The translations under genes were made by a program, and so were the position numbers. Below are positions 37,029 through 49,112 of a stretch of 64,000 nucleotides of DNA, piece after piece. Positions within the stretch are counted from its first letter, which is position 1. Every line of letters starts with the position of its first letter. This DNA comes from Pseudogymnoascus verrucosus (Eukaryota). The notes under the pieces are model-generated. The model was not told where the DNA came from. It did not search any database and saw nothing but the letters and a program-made list of their open reading frames with translations. The stretch is taken from NCBI GenBank assembly GCA_001662655.1, contig KV460247.1; one strand, 5' to 3'.

Positions 37029-38827
37029 ATGTCATCGACGCTGTTCCAGAATCTGTTGCTCCCCAATGGAGTTGCCTATGAACAACCCTTAGGTTTGTTC
37101 ATTGATAATGTGTTTGTCTTGCCAGCGGAGCCCAGTTTGATACCTGTGGAAAATCCGGCGTAGGTCCACTCGAGATCTTCCATATACCCAAACTCCTAAT
37201 ATTGCTCTAGGACGGGGAAAGATATAATCAGTGTTCATGCCGCCTCTGGGATTGATGTCAACAAAGCTGTCGCTGCAGCTCGTCAGGCGTTCCGTGGAGA
37301 GTGGAGGTCTCTGAGCGCTACTGACCGAGGGTCTTTGCTTTTCAAACTGGCCAATCTTATCCATCGTGACCAGAAATTAATAGCGGCCATTGACTCCATG
37401 GATAATGGGAAGGTAGGTAAAAACACCTCACAGCCCATTCATGATGACGTGGCTCATACTGAATTAGACCTACAATGAAGCCTTGACAATCGACCTTGAT
37501 GAGGCGTACAATGTCTTCAAGTATTATGCTGGTTGGGCAGACAAGATATACGGGCGTACTATTGAGATAGCGCCGTCTAAGTTGGCATATACGTTGCAAG
37601 AGCCTCTCGGTGTCTGCGGTCAGATCATCCCGTGGTATGTTATAATCTTGCCTGGTTTTCTTGTTTACACCTATCTTTCTTTGACACTGACGGAAATTTT
37701 CCCAGGAATTATCCATTCATGATGCTCGCCTGGAAGGTTGCACCAGCACTTGCCTGTGGCAACACTGTGGTCTTGAAGTCTGCAGAGCAGACTCCATTGT
37801 CAGCACTCTATTTCGGAAAATTGGTTCAAGAAGCTGGGTTTCCCAAAGGAGTAGTCAATATAATCTCTGGCTTGGGAAGCATAGCTGGCAGTGCATTGGC
37901 TATGCACATGGATGTTGATAAGATTGCTTTCACGGGAAGCACAGCTACTGGCCGGCTCATCATGAAGGCAGCTACTTCGAATCTGAAAAACATTACACTG
38001 GAATGCGGCGGGAAAAGTCCAAGCATCGTTTTCGAAGACGCCAAGCTGGAGCAAGCAGTCAAATGGTCGCACGCGGGAATCATGGGCAATCAAGGGCAGG
38101 TGAGTAGTCCAAACGCAATTGCAAGTAAAGCTTCTGCTAACAAGCACTATCTTGCTAGGTCTGCACGTCCACATCGCGCATCTATGTGCAAGAATCGATT
38201 TATGACAAGTTCGTTGAGCTTTTCGTAAAACTGACGCAAGAATCAGCAAAGCTTGGAGATCCTTTTGCAGGAGAGACTATTCAAGGCCCTCAGGTATCCG
38301 CTGCTCAGCTCGATAAAATTCTTCAATACATTGAGGAAGGCAAGCGTGAAGGGGCCCATCTTGCTACTGGAGGTGTTCGGCACTCCTCGGAAGGCTATTT
38401 CATTGAGCCAACAGTTTTTACTAATGTAAGTCTAAGAAAAATCTGTAGTATGGAGGCGGACCAGAATACCCGAGACTAATTGTCCATACAGACTCATGAG
38501 GAAATGAAGATCGTCAAGGAAGAGATCTTCGGGCCCGTTGTAACCATCAGCAAATTCAGTGACGCAGCGGACGCGCTCAAGAAGGCTAATGATACCTCTT
38601 ACGGTTTGGCTGCCGCAATCTTCACATCGGATATTGAGAACGGCCTTGCTATCGCTTCAAAGGTTGAAGCTGGCATGGTGTGGATCAACTCTTCCAACGA
38701 CTCGCATTTTGGTATTCCTTTCGGTGGCTATAAGTCTTCTGGAATCGGTCGCGAGTTGGGACCTTACGCTCTTGATGCGTATACACAGACGAAAGCAGTC
38801 CATGTCAATCTAGGAAACACTTTGTAG
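37029..38827 (+). CDS. Aldehyde dehydrogenase (ALDH1/2-like), multi-exon
   Basis: [46 protein letters not shown] (Glu); GQV/C (Cys); [22 protein letters not shown]. Confidence 0.96.
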
Positions 38828-38979
38828 TGGTAACATCCGTAGAATTCTGTATTTTCATTGCTTCCGTCGCCTCAAACAATTGCTGAGCAACTACGTCACA
38901 TAAAACAAAGGTGAAATTTGGTACTGCCTCACACAAGTAATGGCACGTCTATCATTATTGATCTCGCTTAACCTCATTT

Positions 38980-39440
38980 ATGGCTCGCCGCGATCACTGG
39001 CTCACAAAGCCTCAAGGTACCCGCGCAATAGCTGTGATACTCTCCCACAAAAGACAAATGCTAGGTTTCCAGCCTCAGGGGCACGCCAACTTTGCACTCG
39101 TACGAGCAGCGAATGATATGTCATGATGGTTTCAATTGACATTGATGCAGATTCCTCCTCCTCCTTCGTGGACTAATGAGAAAAAGCTGAGACTAGAGGA
39201 AGGACACTAAGTAGGTCGCTAGCGTAACCAAAGAACATAACCCAGCTCTTACAGTCTACAGGACCATCACCACATAGCGAAGAGAAGTCTTCGATTGTCA
39301 ATTCACTCCACTCATGTTCTACTGTGTACTGCTTAATATAGCGATATAGAGGTACAACTCCACGATGAAGCCTCATACTTCTACATCAAGCTTGACATGA
39401 CGCTGATGCAGCCACGATTGTACAAGGGTCCAAGATAGGA
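38980..39440 (-). pseudogene. Inverted, internally deleted pseudogene paralogous to the TF at 45871-47470
   Basis: EWSELTIEDFSSLCGDGPVDCKSWVMFFGYASDLLSVLPLVSAFSH* vs EWNELIIEDCSLLYGDGTTDCKSWGMFFGYANDLFGILPAVSAFAHQ; homology jumps from TF ~47095 to ~47355. Confidence 0.88.
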
Positions 39441-39667
39441 GCGAAAGCTTTGTGCTTTTCAAGATTTCGGTCATATCTTCTCCATATAGCGCATTTAGAC
39501 TGTGACACTGATAGTCCCAAGAAGTTTTACTTACTCTTAGCATGAGGGGATCAATCCACAGATCTCAAATTCACATGTAGCCGAGAAGACTTCGATGAAC
39601 GGAGAGCATGCATGTTTCAATCGTTTCGAGGAGGACGAATTCGCAGAATTATTTGTGTATACAATAG

Positions 39668-41477
39668 CTACTCGACGCCCAAACACGCTTGGATGAGATC
39701 AACTGCCCTAATGACTTTCTCACAGTTCCACTTCTTTCCGACTAGTTGCAGATTGATGGGAGCACCCATGTACTCACTTGGCTCGTAATTAGCCCAATTG
39801 TAGGCATCCATGTCGTTCCTCGGAGTATATATTTCATCCTTTGGGTGCGACTCGGGAGAGCACTTCAAACCGGTTGGAAATGAGTATGCTGGATAGTCCA
39901 AACAGTTGAACACGCAAGTATACCCCCAGTAACGAGCGGTATCATGTCGAGAAGCAGCACAAGGCCCGACGGGACATAGCAGAAAATCTATGTCTGGATG
40001 TTGATTCCAGTCTTGGAGATATTCCGCTACACACAGAAAATTAGTTCGGCATAAGCGGCAAGCGGCAGTTTGAGGAAGTTCTTACTGCGATATTCCTCCC
40101 GCTCCACATTCAGAGCCCAACTCTCCGAGATAGTCCTTAATTTGGTGTGGGGACCAATAATCGACTGGGCTGCCAGTGGCAGGATTGGTTCTCCAGAGGC
40201 TTTCATGGCTTCAAGGTTATCTGCACCTCCATCCTGGAAGTATAGCTTTCTAATGACATTGTAGCCTCTAGAATGTTGATATGGTTTCCATTCTCGAAGT
40301 TCGAACAATGGGTTTTCCCGCAACTTCTTCACAATAGCTTTCAGCGCTGCTGTGATTGGTGGGTGTGGCCTGACAAATCCATCATCCTCAAAGAAACCTA
40401 TTGTGATTTTCTTTGGGGTAGGAGCGCCTCTCCAAGGCAAAGGAACCATATCCGGTTGGTTACGCCACGGTTGAGTGTCAAGGACGTTCCGCATGAAATA
40501 TTCCGTGTCACGCGTAGTCTTGCAGATGACGCCAACAACCTCCGGGAAAGCCTCACAGCCCTTCATAGGGAAGTTTGAACCAGCCAAAGGAATCCGACAG
40601 GAGGTTGCTTTCATTCCATGGAGTCCAACGTTGGCAGCCGGCGCACGGATACTACCGCCACCATCAGCAGCAAGCCCAATTGGTGACCCATGAAACGCGA
40701 CGAGGGCTGCTTCTCCACCACTCGAGCCTCCAGGGCTGAGGTTGCGGCTGTGTGGGTTGAGTGTTCGGCCAAACACTAGAAGGTCAGTTAGCCAGACCTA
40801 CGGGAGGATGTATACATCACACCTACGGTTTGATACGGTCTCAAGCTGCATCAAGGTCTGCGGATTGTTGGTTTTGCAGTAGAATACTGCTCCGGCGTCT
40901 CTCAGGAGTTTGACAATCGGAGCATCCTTTTCGGCGATCGTCCCCACCCACGCAACATATCCTGAAGACGTATCTTTGCCTTTGATATCAAAATGATCCT
41001 TGATCGAGAATGGCAATCCGTGCCAAGGGCCGACAACTTTGCCAGTATGAGCATATATTTCGTCCAGCTCTTTCGCTTGCCGAAGGCCATCATCGAAGAA
41101 GATGTGCGTCATGCAATTGAGCTGTATCTAGAGTTAGGATTTTTCCCTTGTGTAGATATAGCTGCGGGAAGCCGAGAACCATTGGTACGTACCACCTGCT
41201 GTGCAATAGCTGCACGTTTACAAAAAGCCAATGTCAAGTCGTAGCTTTTGAGCTTCCCTTCCGAAATCAGTCGTAGCAGCTCGGTGGCATCTTTCTCTGT
41301 CCATGCCAACTCCTCCGCCGTCATGATCCCGCTTTCATACGGCACACGCATGACATTCCTCACTTCAGGACCAGGGGGGTTCTGGAGGCGCCATTCAGAT
41401 GGTATTGCTGCATCTCTTTTGTTCTGTTCCTCTTGAGCAATGTCTTGCCATGGTCGTCGCTCTTGAGTTTGAGCCAT
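39668..41477 (-). CDS. Amidase-signature enzyme (AmdS/acetamidase-like), multi-exon
   Basis: IPSEWRL; AFCKRAAIAQQ; GPWHGLPFSIKD (Lys); SPGGSSGGE; ADGGGSIRAPAA (Ser-cisSer-Lys triad); FNCLDYPA; ATG at 41477. Confidence 0.94.
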
Positions 41478-41720
41478 ATTGAGAGTTGCTGTCTGCAGGA
41501 GCTCGTTGTAGTTCAAAGAAAATAGCGAAAAGGCTCAGATATAACACACACTTGTGATCGTTTACTTTAATGACACATAATTATGTCGGAACCAGAGTAC
41601 TATGTCCGTAGTCCCTCTTTTAGCTTCTCGCACTTCTAGAGTCATGAGGCTGTGTTCTCTCCTATCAGAATTGGACTATATAATGTTTGACCCAGTACCT
41701 AAGAGTCTAGGAGTTTGTGA

Positions 41721-42225
41721 GATAAGCGCGGCTGACTCGCCCCCGCATTAAAACGTTGAAGTATTGATAAGTGGAGCGAGGGAGATCGCCTGGGGTGTGA
41801 GAGGACTGCGACTGACCTTACAAGGAGTCAATGATAAGAGCGGCTAGGTCAGATTTCATTAGCGTTCAAAGCGGCCTCCGAGACCCACATCAACAAAGCC
41901 GTCGGAAAAGGTCGAAAGGCGCTTCAGTGAAGTCTAAAGAACGGAAGCCTCTGAGCGTTACTGAGTGGGATATTAGCTTCTCAAGTTGAGGACCCTGTAG
42001 TGTAGGATTGGTCCACCCGGACCAACAATATATCCGGGGTTACGGGGGAATGGAGAACATTCGAAACGCGGGTGGCAAAACTGCCTCCCAAAACTGCCAC
42101 CCGTCTTCGAACGTTCTCCATTCCCCCGAATACCAACCTTTGGTTGGTATTAAGTAAGGCCTACCCTTACTAGCTTAATTAGCGTAGAGCGGAACCGTAT
42201 GTACTGTAGGTTAGCCGCTCTTATC
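41721..42225. promoter_or_regulatory. Three GATAAG[C/A]GCGGCT motifs in the amidase/MFS bidirectional promoter
   Basis: Copies at 41721-41733 (+), 41833-41845 (+) and 42213-42225 (-); CCCCGCAT at ~41741 and ~42236. Confidence 0.78.
42043..42128. repeat. Long imperfect inverted repeat (~34-bp arms) flanked by smaller hairpins
   Basis: CGGGGGAATGGAGAACATTCGAAACGCGGGTGGCA ... TGCCACCCGTCTTCGAACGTTCTCCATTCCCCCG. Confidence 0.85.
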
Positions 42226-42600
42226 GCGCACATTTCCCCGCATTCCCATGTCTTTGGTTTGATTAGCAAGTCGAGGACGCAAGAAACGAGGTTTTCTGCT
42301 CCTATCTCACGTACTCTCAGATGTTAGATACTCAAGGACCAGTAGATTTCCTTTCTATCTTTGTTCTCAAAGTTCGGTCACAGATGACAGGGAGTATCTA
42401 TACTAGGTCGTCAACCATGCGCTTGCCCGAAGCAGAGCCATGGGCGAGCCAACTGCCGAATCTCGAAATCTTAGGCTCATCTCCCCATATCAGCCAGCAG
42501 TGTACCCATATCTCCTACCAGAGTGTAATTTGATATAAAACAGCGAATAGGTCCTGAATAGAAGTGGCAAGAGTAGATGCTGAAGCTCTTGTTCATCAAG

Positions 42601-44655
42601 ATGGCCGCCAACCAAGATTTAGAGACAACCACACAGGTTGCCGACGCATCAACACTCGATGACTTGCGCCTGTCTCCCGGAACAGTATTCCTTTCACATG
42701 GTGAGTTGCCTTCGGTACGAAGTTCTAGACAGGACGGCGCTGATTGCATCGTTAGCTAAAGACGCCCCGATCATTCTGCAGCCGCGGCCATCAGAAGATC
42801 CCAATGATCCTCTGGTACAGACTCCAATCTCCACACCCCACATACTATAGCACGTGCTAATCAACAGAAGTAGAACTGGTCAAAAATTCGGAAGACGATC
42901 AATTTCTCTCTTGTTTTATTCTATACGCTCCTCGGATTTGCAGTGTAGGTCTCAAAGCGGAGTGGGCATTAGCAATCGTTAAAGCTGATTCATCGGCGAT
43001 AGCATCACTGTCCAAACGCCTCTATGGGCTCCCATCAATGAGGACCTTGGGTTTTCGTCCGTCGCTCTGACCAATGGGTACGCTACTAACGTAGCTGCAT
43101 TGGCTGTTGGTTGTGTCTTTTTTGTCCCGTTGGCACTCAAATACGGCCGGCGACCCGTATATCTAACCACCACTCTCCTTATGTTATTGTCATGCATATG
43201 GCAGGCGAAGATGACTACTTTAGCCGATCTGTACCTCTCTGTTTTCCTATCTGGCCTTGCTAGCGCCGTCAACGAGGCTTTGGTTCAAATTACAGTATGG
43301 GATCCTTCTGAATCGTCGTCGTAGTATCTCTAACAGGTGGATCAGATTGCAGACTTGTATTTTGTGCATCAGCGAGGTACGATGAACGGGATCTACATTC
43401 TTTGCGTAGCAATAGGGGTATGTATCACGATTCCATGCTGGATCATGAATGCTAACGATCGGCAAGAACTATCTTGCGCCAGTGGCATCTGGCTACGTGG
43501 CAAACTCCCAAGGTTGGACGTGGTCATTCTGGTGGCCCTGCATATTTTTTGGAGTTGCGAACGTGTTGATGCTTTTCTTCTACGAAGAAACGAAGTACAT
43601 AGGACCTATAACTGGAATCTGCCAGGCCAACGGACCAAACCCAAGTGTACACACTGAACCAAACCTGTACGAGAAGGCAGCCAACGACAAAGAGACTTCA
43701 GTGGGTGACCCTATACCCACCATATCTCACTTAGAAGATCCCTCCGTCTACATTAATAGGAACATACCTCTGAAATCCTACAGAGAGCGACTGCCGTGGT
43801 TCGTGAACAGCCCGGGGTCTTTTGCAAGCTTTATCCGCCACATATATCAGCCTTTTCAAGTCATGGGATTGTTCCCTATTGTAGCATTTGCATGTCTTCA
43901 ATACGGTACTGCAATTGCCTGGCTAGCCATTCTTGCAACAACTGAAGCTAGTCTCTTTGCGTTACCGCCTTACAACTTTAATACTATTGCGATTGGAAAT
44001 CTCAATATTGCACCTTTCATTGGTTTCCTCTTTGGATCTGTGTTTGGTGGTCCAATCAATGATTGGTCGATCGTACGTCTAGCAAGACGGAACAGAGGCA
44101 TTTATGAGCCAGAGATGCGCCTCCGACTATACATCATCCCAGTTCTAGCAATGGCAGCCGGCCTGCTTATGTATGGCCTCACCCTTGCTAAGGTATGCCA
44201 GCAATCAATATGTGAGCATTTTCTGGGACTGACCGTTTCTAGGGAGTGCATTGGATCCTGCCTGCCACAGGCTCAGGGATAATGGCTTTTGGTATATCCG
44301 CCATCATGGACTTGAACCTCAGCTATCTAATAGATGCACACATAGAAGTTAGTTATTGCGAATGTTCTACATGCATAGACCTTCCTTCCTAACTAATTGA
44401 ATCCAGATCCTCGGAGATGCCTTGGTTGCAGTAACTTTTGTTCGCAACGCCATAGCCATGGTCATCGTCTTCGTACTCCCTCCTTGGATGAATGGTATGG
44501 GCACTTATAATATGTTCGTCATCATGGGAGTGTTGTCGCTCACATTTGGTTTGACCTTCATACCCATGATGCTGTATGGCAAGCGGGTGCGCATTGCTTG
44601 CTCTAGTAGATATGCCAGATACGCCCAGAAGCAATTCAGTCCCCGCGGAGTCTAA
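42601..44655 (+). CDS. MFS transporter, HOL1-like (multi-exon)
   Basis: PGTVFL; ILQPRPSEDPNDPL/NW; PLALKYGRRPVY; IADLYFVHQRGTMNG; FYEETKY; RRNRGIYEPEMRL; stop at 44655. Confidence 0.92.
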
Positions 44656-45739
44656 TGCGACCAAGCATCAAGATGTTGACATGTACCTCGGGTTCTAGTT
44701 TTAGCAATATAATTTACTGTTCTGTTACACTTTTGTGTAAATAATGCGATACTCAAGTACAAAAGCTCGCCTGGTACTTAAATGTCCCATGGCTAACCCA
44801 GTCCTATAGGATACCGAATGCCACTGAACCTTAGGTGACTGGTTTTGGATTATTTTGACTGTTAGTAGCGGCGCTTCGAGCTTACATCAAACTTACGAGT
44901 TAACCTTTTCGAAGTTTGCATCAGCAGTTATTTCCAAAAAAATCTCTCGCGGGGTTATCCTGAGGTATGAAGGAACGGCTTCGACTCAAGTGGACCATAG
45001 TTGACCTACCTGACCAGTTGACGGCGTAGGGATAGTGTTCAGTGGCTCCCGGTGTATCGCTTGATTTCTCAACGGCACATGACGTGCCAACGAAGGCGGT
45101 TGTGTTGGAATTCGGGTGTGTTGAGCAGCGGAACAGCATTGGACGAGGCAAATCACAGGTGACGGGCAGGTTTGGGCTCAAAACCCAGTGCGTCGGGGTT
45201 CTGAGGCAACCCCGGCTCACACCAAGCACCAATTGGGGAGCCCGACGGTAACACTGAGAAAAGCCGTCATTTTAGGGCCAAAATATCACCGTATCCCACG
45301 GTGCCCGTCCTCTTTTCCCCAACAGCCTGCAGGTGCTTAAGTGCTCACGTGCTCAAAATATATATGGGAGAAGCGCAGACACGTCGCTGATATGCTCCTT
45401 CAAGCCTTTTTGATAAAAGTCGATGTAGTCTCGATTCGGAGATTCTAGCATGGGTGCACGACGACAAGCCCCATTAAAAAGTATTGACTAAACGAAATGC
45501 CACTCCCAGACTCATGGTGGCTCTCAACGTGAGGGGAAATTTGGTCGTGGCGCGACCACTCGAATCAGCGCATGGGCCTCGGGTCTTAGTGTTGGGCCTG
45601 GCCGCGCCACACTACCAACGTCCACCCTTCATTTGCTCGACCAGAGATATTTCCTATCACCCGAAAAATACTTGACTAATTAAATAATGGGTGGGCATCA
45701 AAGGACTACTCTTCCGCCCCACGCTAATTGAGTCGAGTA

Positions 45740-45870
45740 GATAAGAGCGGCTAACCTGCCCTCAACAATCAAGGATCGGACATGCATTAGATATCGAAAG
45801 TGCCATTTCCTCTCTCTGTTTCTTTCTTTGCTTTACATTATTATCGGGCCCCAGCTCAGCTGCGCTTATC
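45740..45870. promoter_or_regulatory. Two cluster-motif copies upstream of the cluster TF (candidate autoregulation)
   Basis: GATAAGAGCGGCTAACCT at 45740-45757 (18/18 identical to the reverse complement of 42208-42225); variant GATAAGCGCAGCT on the minus strand at 45858-45870, abutting the ATG. Confidence 0.72.
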
Positions 45871-47470
45871 ATGAACCCCTTAACGTTGTTGAAAACATCG
45901 ACCTTCTCGAGAGCAAAGTCCGGATGCTCGGTATGCAGGCTCCGCAAGAAAAAGTGTGATGAACGCAAACCAAGATGTGGAGGTTGCGAACGGAACTACC
46001 TACTCTGTACATGGCCATCTGTCATGTCAGCTAAGGGCGATCTCCGGCGGAGTAGCAAACCCCCTGGAACCCATTTGAAAGTGGAGCTGCTCCCCGCAGC
46101 GAAGGCCTTAGAAGTTCTCGACCACTGCAGCCACAATCTTCAACGGAAGACGGACACTGGAGACAACGCCGCACAGCAATTATTTAGGAGTTCCAAGAGC
46201 ACTCCTGAGCGAGCTTCATCATCAACAAGCCCAAATCTTCTAAAACCAAGCGAGGTGTTCCAAGTCACAATGACTCGACCGGCCTCCCGAACCCTACTTC
46301 AGCACTATCAAAGTCGAACCGCGGATTTGCTTTGCGCCTCTCAAAGTCGTGAAAACCCCTTCATTTCACTCTTAATTCCATTTGCAGCAACGCATGAGCT
46401 CCTCCTTCAATGTATCCTAGCTCTTAGTGGTGTTCACTTCATCAATAATTCCAATGGCGCTCCCTCCTCTGATATTATGGCTGCCACTTGGACACACTAT
46501 GGACTAGCTGTCAGAGGACTCAAACATGGGATTACGAGATTTGCATATGGAGAGCAAGAAATTTTGCCACTGCTTATGGCCACTTTAGTGCTTTGTTTTG
46601 TAGAGGTGAGTCCTGCCCTACGACCAAAAGTAGAAGTTAGCTGATGAGTGGATGCAGTCGACTAGAGGAAACGTAATCAGCATCGCCCAACACCTCAAAG
46701 CTGCTCGAACTTTTCTACTCTCTTGGCTTCAACAGCGTCAACCCAAGATTGAAGTAGAACTACGAGGCTTCGTCATTGAATTCTATCTATACATCGCTAT
46801 ATTGAGCAATACTCAGCTAGGACCTGAGTGGAATGAATTAATAATCGAAGACTGTTCTTTGCTATATGGTGATGGTACTACAGACTGTAAGAGCTGGGGA
46901 ATGTTCTTTGGTTACGCCAACGACCTATTTGGTATTCTTCCGGCAGTCTCAGCTTTTGCTCACCAGAGCAGTAGAGAAGAGGAGGACTCTACGAACAAAT
47001 CCTTTGAATTCATCGTGAACTATTACTCGTTGCTTGCACAGGTGAATAGTTGGCATCCCCCTGAAGCTGGAGATCTGGCATTTGTCGCTTGTGGCAGGAT
47101 ATATCAACAGGCTCTCCTTCTCCTTTTGCATACATCGTTCTATAGAGACGAACTTGGGTCTATGACCTTGAACAACTTACTTGAGCAGGGTGTGCGGGAA
47201 TTCCTGGCGCTCTTAGAGAGTTTGCCTGTGGAATCACCAATTGCAACTACACTCTGCTGGCCACTTTCGATTGCTGGCTCCTGCGCTCGCTCCGAATTAC
47301 ATCGCAATAGTATACGAAAACATCTTAAGATGATGTATAAGAGATTCAACATGGAGAATATCACGGCTGTTCTGCGGGTGCTCGAGGCTTTGTGGGACGG
47401 TGATCACTACAAGCCACTCTACATCACAACAGTAATGCGACAGCAGAATGAGCACTTCATTATTCAGTAG
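45871..47470 (+). CDS. Zn(II)2Cys6 transcription factor with DUF3468/Fungal_trans_2-like domain (2 exons)
   Basis: RAKSGCSVCRLRKKKCDERKPRCGGCERNYLLCTW; ENPFISLLIP; CILALSGVH; TLCWPLSIAGSC; intron ~46606-46657. Confidence 0.93.
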
Positions 47471-47634
47471 TACGCCAGTTTAGGCAATGGACAAACGGTA
47501 AGAATATTTACAAGTGTGGAATGACAGGACTATATTAACACTTAATGCATGCTTTATTGTCTAGTCTGATATTTGAAGTATTGTGTATTTATTGTCTAGA
47601 GCTTTCTATCAAGTACTATAGGATGGAAACCCCC

Positions 47635-47682
47635 GTGGCTGCAAGTGGCTGTTAGTGGCTGTTAGTGGCTGTTAGTGGCTGC
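47635..47682. repeat. 10-bp tandem repeat (GTGGCTGTTA)n
   Basis: About 5 imperfect copies just past the stop codon of the secreted-protein gene. Confidence 0.8.
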
Positions 47683-47690
47683 CTAGCCAC

Positions 47691-48311
47691 TCAGATCTTT
47701 CTAGCCTCACTGGAACCACGCACCACACGTCGGACCTTCCCTCCCGTAGCATCAGGGCAAGTTCCCTGCTTGGAGAACTCGGCAGCCCCACAGAAGTTAA
47801 GGCCACTAGAGTAGTTCATGTACCCATAATCGGTGTGCTCATAAGGTCTCATTCTCGAAGTCCCAGCAATGAAGTTGCCGCAGTTGTAGGAGATATCGAC
47901 GGCGTTGTTGCTGACGAGGTTCGATGGAACGGTGATGGATGACACGGCTGAAAAGTTGCAAATGAATGAAACCGCGGAGTTCTGGATAGCGTACCGCGCA
48001 GCGCCGGCACCGAGCTGCGGCGAAGAGGAGGCGTAGTCGGCGATGCGCTGGTTGGCGATGTTGGTGTCCCCGGCGTTCATGGGGAATGCGCAGCCACACC
48101 AGGTTTGTCTGGAGTTGCCGACGGCACCCCGCTTAGTGTGGTCCAGTGTAACATAGGTGGATTCAAAGTCGGTTTTAACGAGTCTGTGAACTTCTTCGCC
48201 AACTTCGTTGTAGGAGACTTCGTAAAGTCCGTTGGCAAGATCGCCTGGGAGGGTGAAGGCAGAGCCAAGGGCAGCGAGGCCGCTGAGGACGAGGAGAGTC
48301 TTTGCGTGCAT
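47691..48311 (-). CDS. Small secreted cysteine-containing protein (effector/toxin-like), 206 aa
   Basis: Signal peptide MHAKTLLVLSGLAALGSA; acidic pro-region ending in KR; mature part with 6 Cys (WCGC, FIC, YNC, NFC, GTC); intronless. Confidence 0.85.
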   Translation of the reverse strand: MHAKTLLVLSGLAALGSAFTLPGDLANGLYEVSYNEVGEEVHRLVKTDFESTYVTLDHTKRGAVGNSRQTWCGCAFPMNAGDTNIANQRIADYASSSPQLGAGAARYAIQNSAVSFICNFSAVSSITVPSNLVSNNAVDISYNCGNFIAGTSRMRPYEHTDYGYMNYSSGLNFCGAAEFSKQGTCPDATGGKVRRVVRGSSEARKI

Positions 48312-49027
48312 TTCGGGAAGGGATGGTTCTTGGTTGAAGAAGCAAACGAGTAAGTTTAGAGGTAGAGTCTATGAGAACAAAGGCCGAAGGCGCTAAACTG
48401 AGTTTTGAGTGCTTGGAAGACGAGAGAGATCTGTGAAGCTACAGATCAAAAGTCATAAAACAGAGGAGCAGCAAATGATTTATATAGTTGAGAAGACTGC
48501 TCTATTTATCACCGACCCTTCCTTACAAATGATACCAATTGTGAAGCATAACGAGAAATGAGGGTTAGTAGGTAGCCATTGGTTACTATCAATCTGAGGG
48601 TATTCCTGACTTCAGCGCCATGAAATAGATCAACAGAAAATACTGCTTCACTCGGAGCTGTAGGATTGAAGGAATGCAGTAACTGAAGGAACGACAGCTG
48701 AATACGAGGATAGAAATCCTGCAGGATTTATATGTGTAAGCCTGGATTTAGCCATTAATAAGGACAGGAACACTAACTTTTCGGCATAAGTGGCACCTAT
48801 GCGTAAATTCTCTCCTACCATCCACGAAAACTATACGCTGCATTCCTCTAAAGTGTCCGCTTTTAACTATATATCTTCCTCTGGGCAGGGGGGGGGTCCA
48901 CGTAAGCCGCTATGACAGAAAGTTTAGCCCCCGGCTTAACCTACCGTCGCTTCACCCCGAAGTCAGCCTTAAGGAGGCGGGGAGCTGTACCTTGATCCCA
49001 CCCTGAGCCTATCGGCACGATTGAGAA

Positions 49028-49112
49028 TACCAAGCCACGGAATTTCAAGCTTCTGTGAGACAGAGCTTGTGCATGGCAGAACGGGTGGAATGCCCAGCCT
49101 TCGGTCCGATGT
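49028..49112 (-). pseudogene. Degenerate 5S rRNA copy (5' two-thirds) with a small internal duplication
   Basis: TACCAAGCCACGGAATTTCAAGCTTCTGTGAGACAGAGC and AGCTTGTGCATGGCAGAACGGGTGGAATGCCCA align to TACTAATCCACCGATCTCAAGCTTATGTATGGCAGAGCGGACGGGATGCCCA of the intact gene. Confidence 0.6.

Noticed and set aside
45157..45312. MITE-like segment with GACGGGCA..TGCCCGTC inverted ends
   Set aside because: The inverted match is short, with no clear TSD and no second copy in the window.
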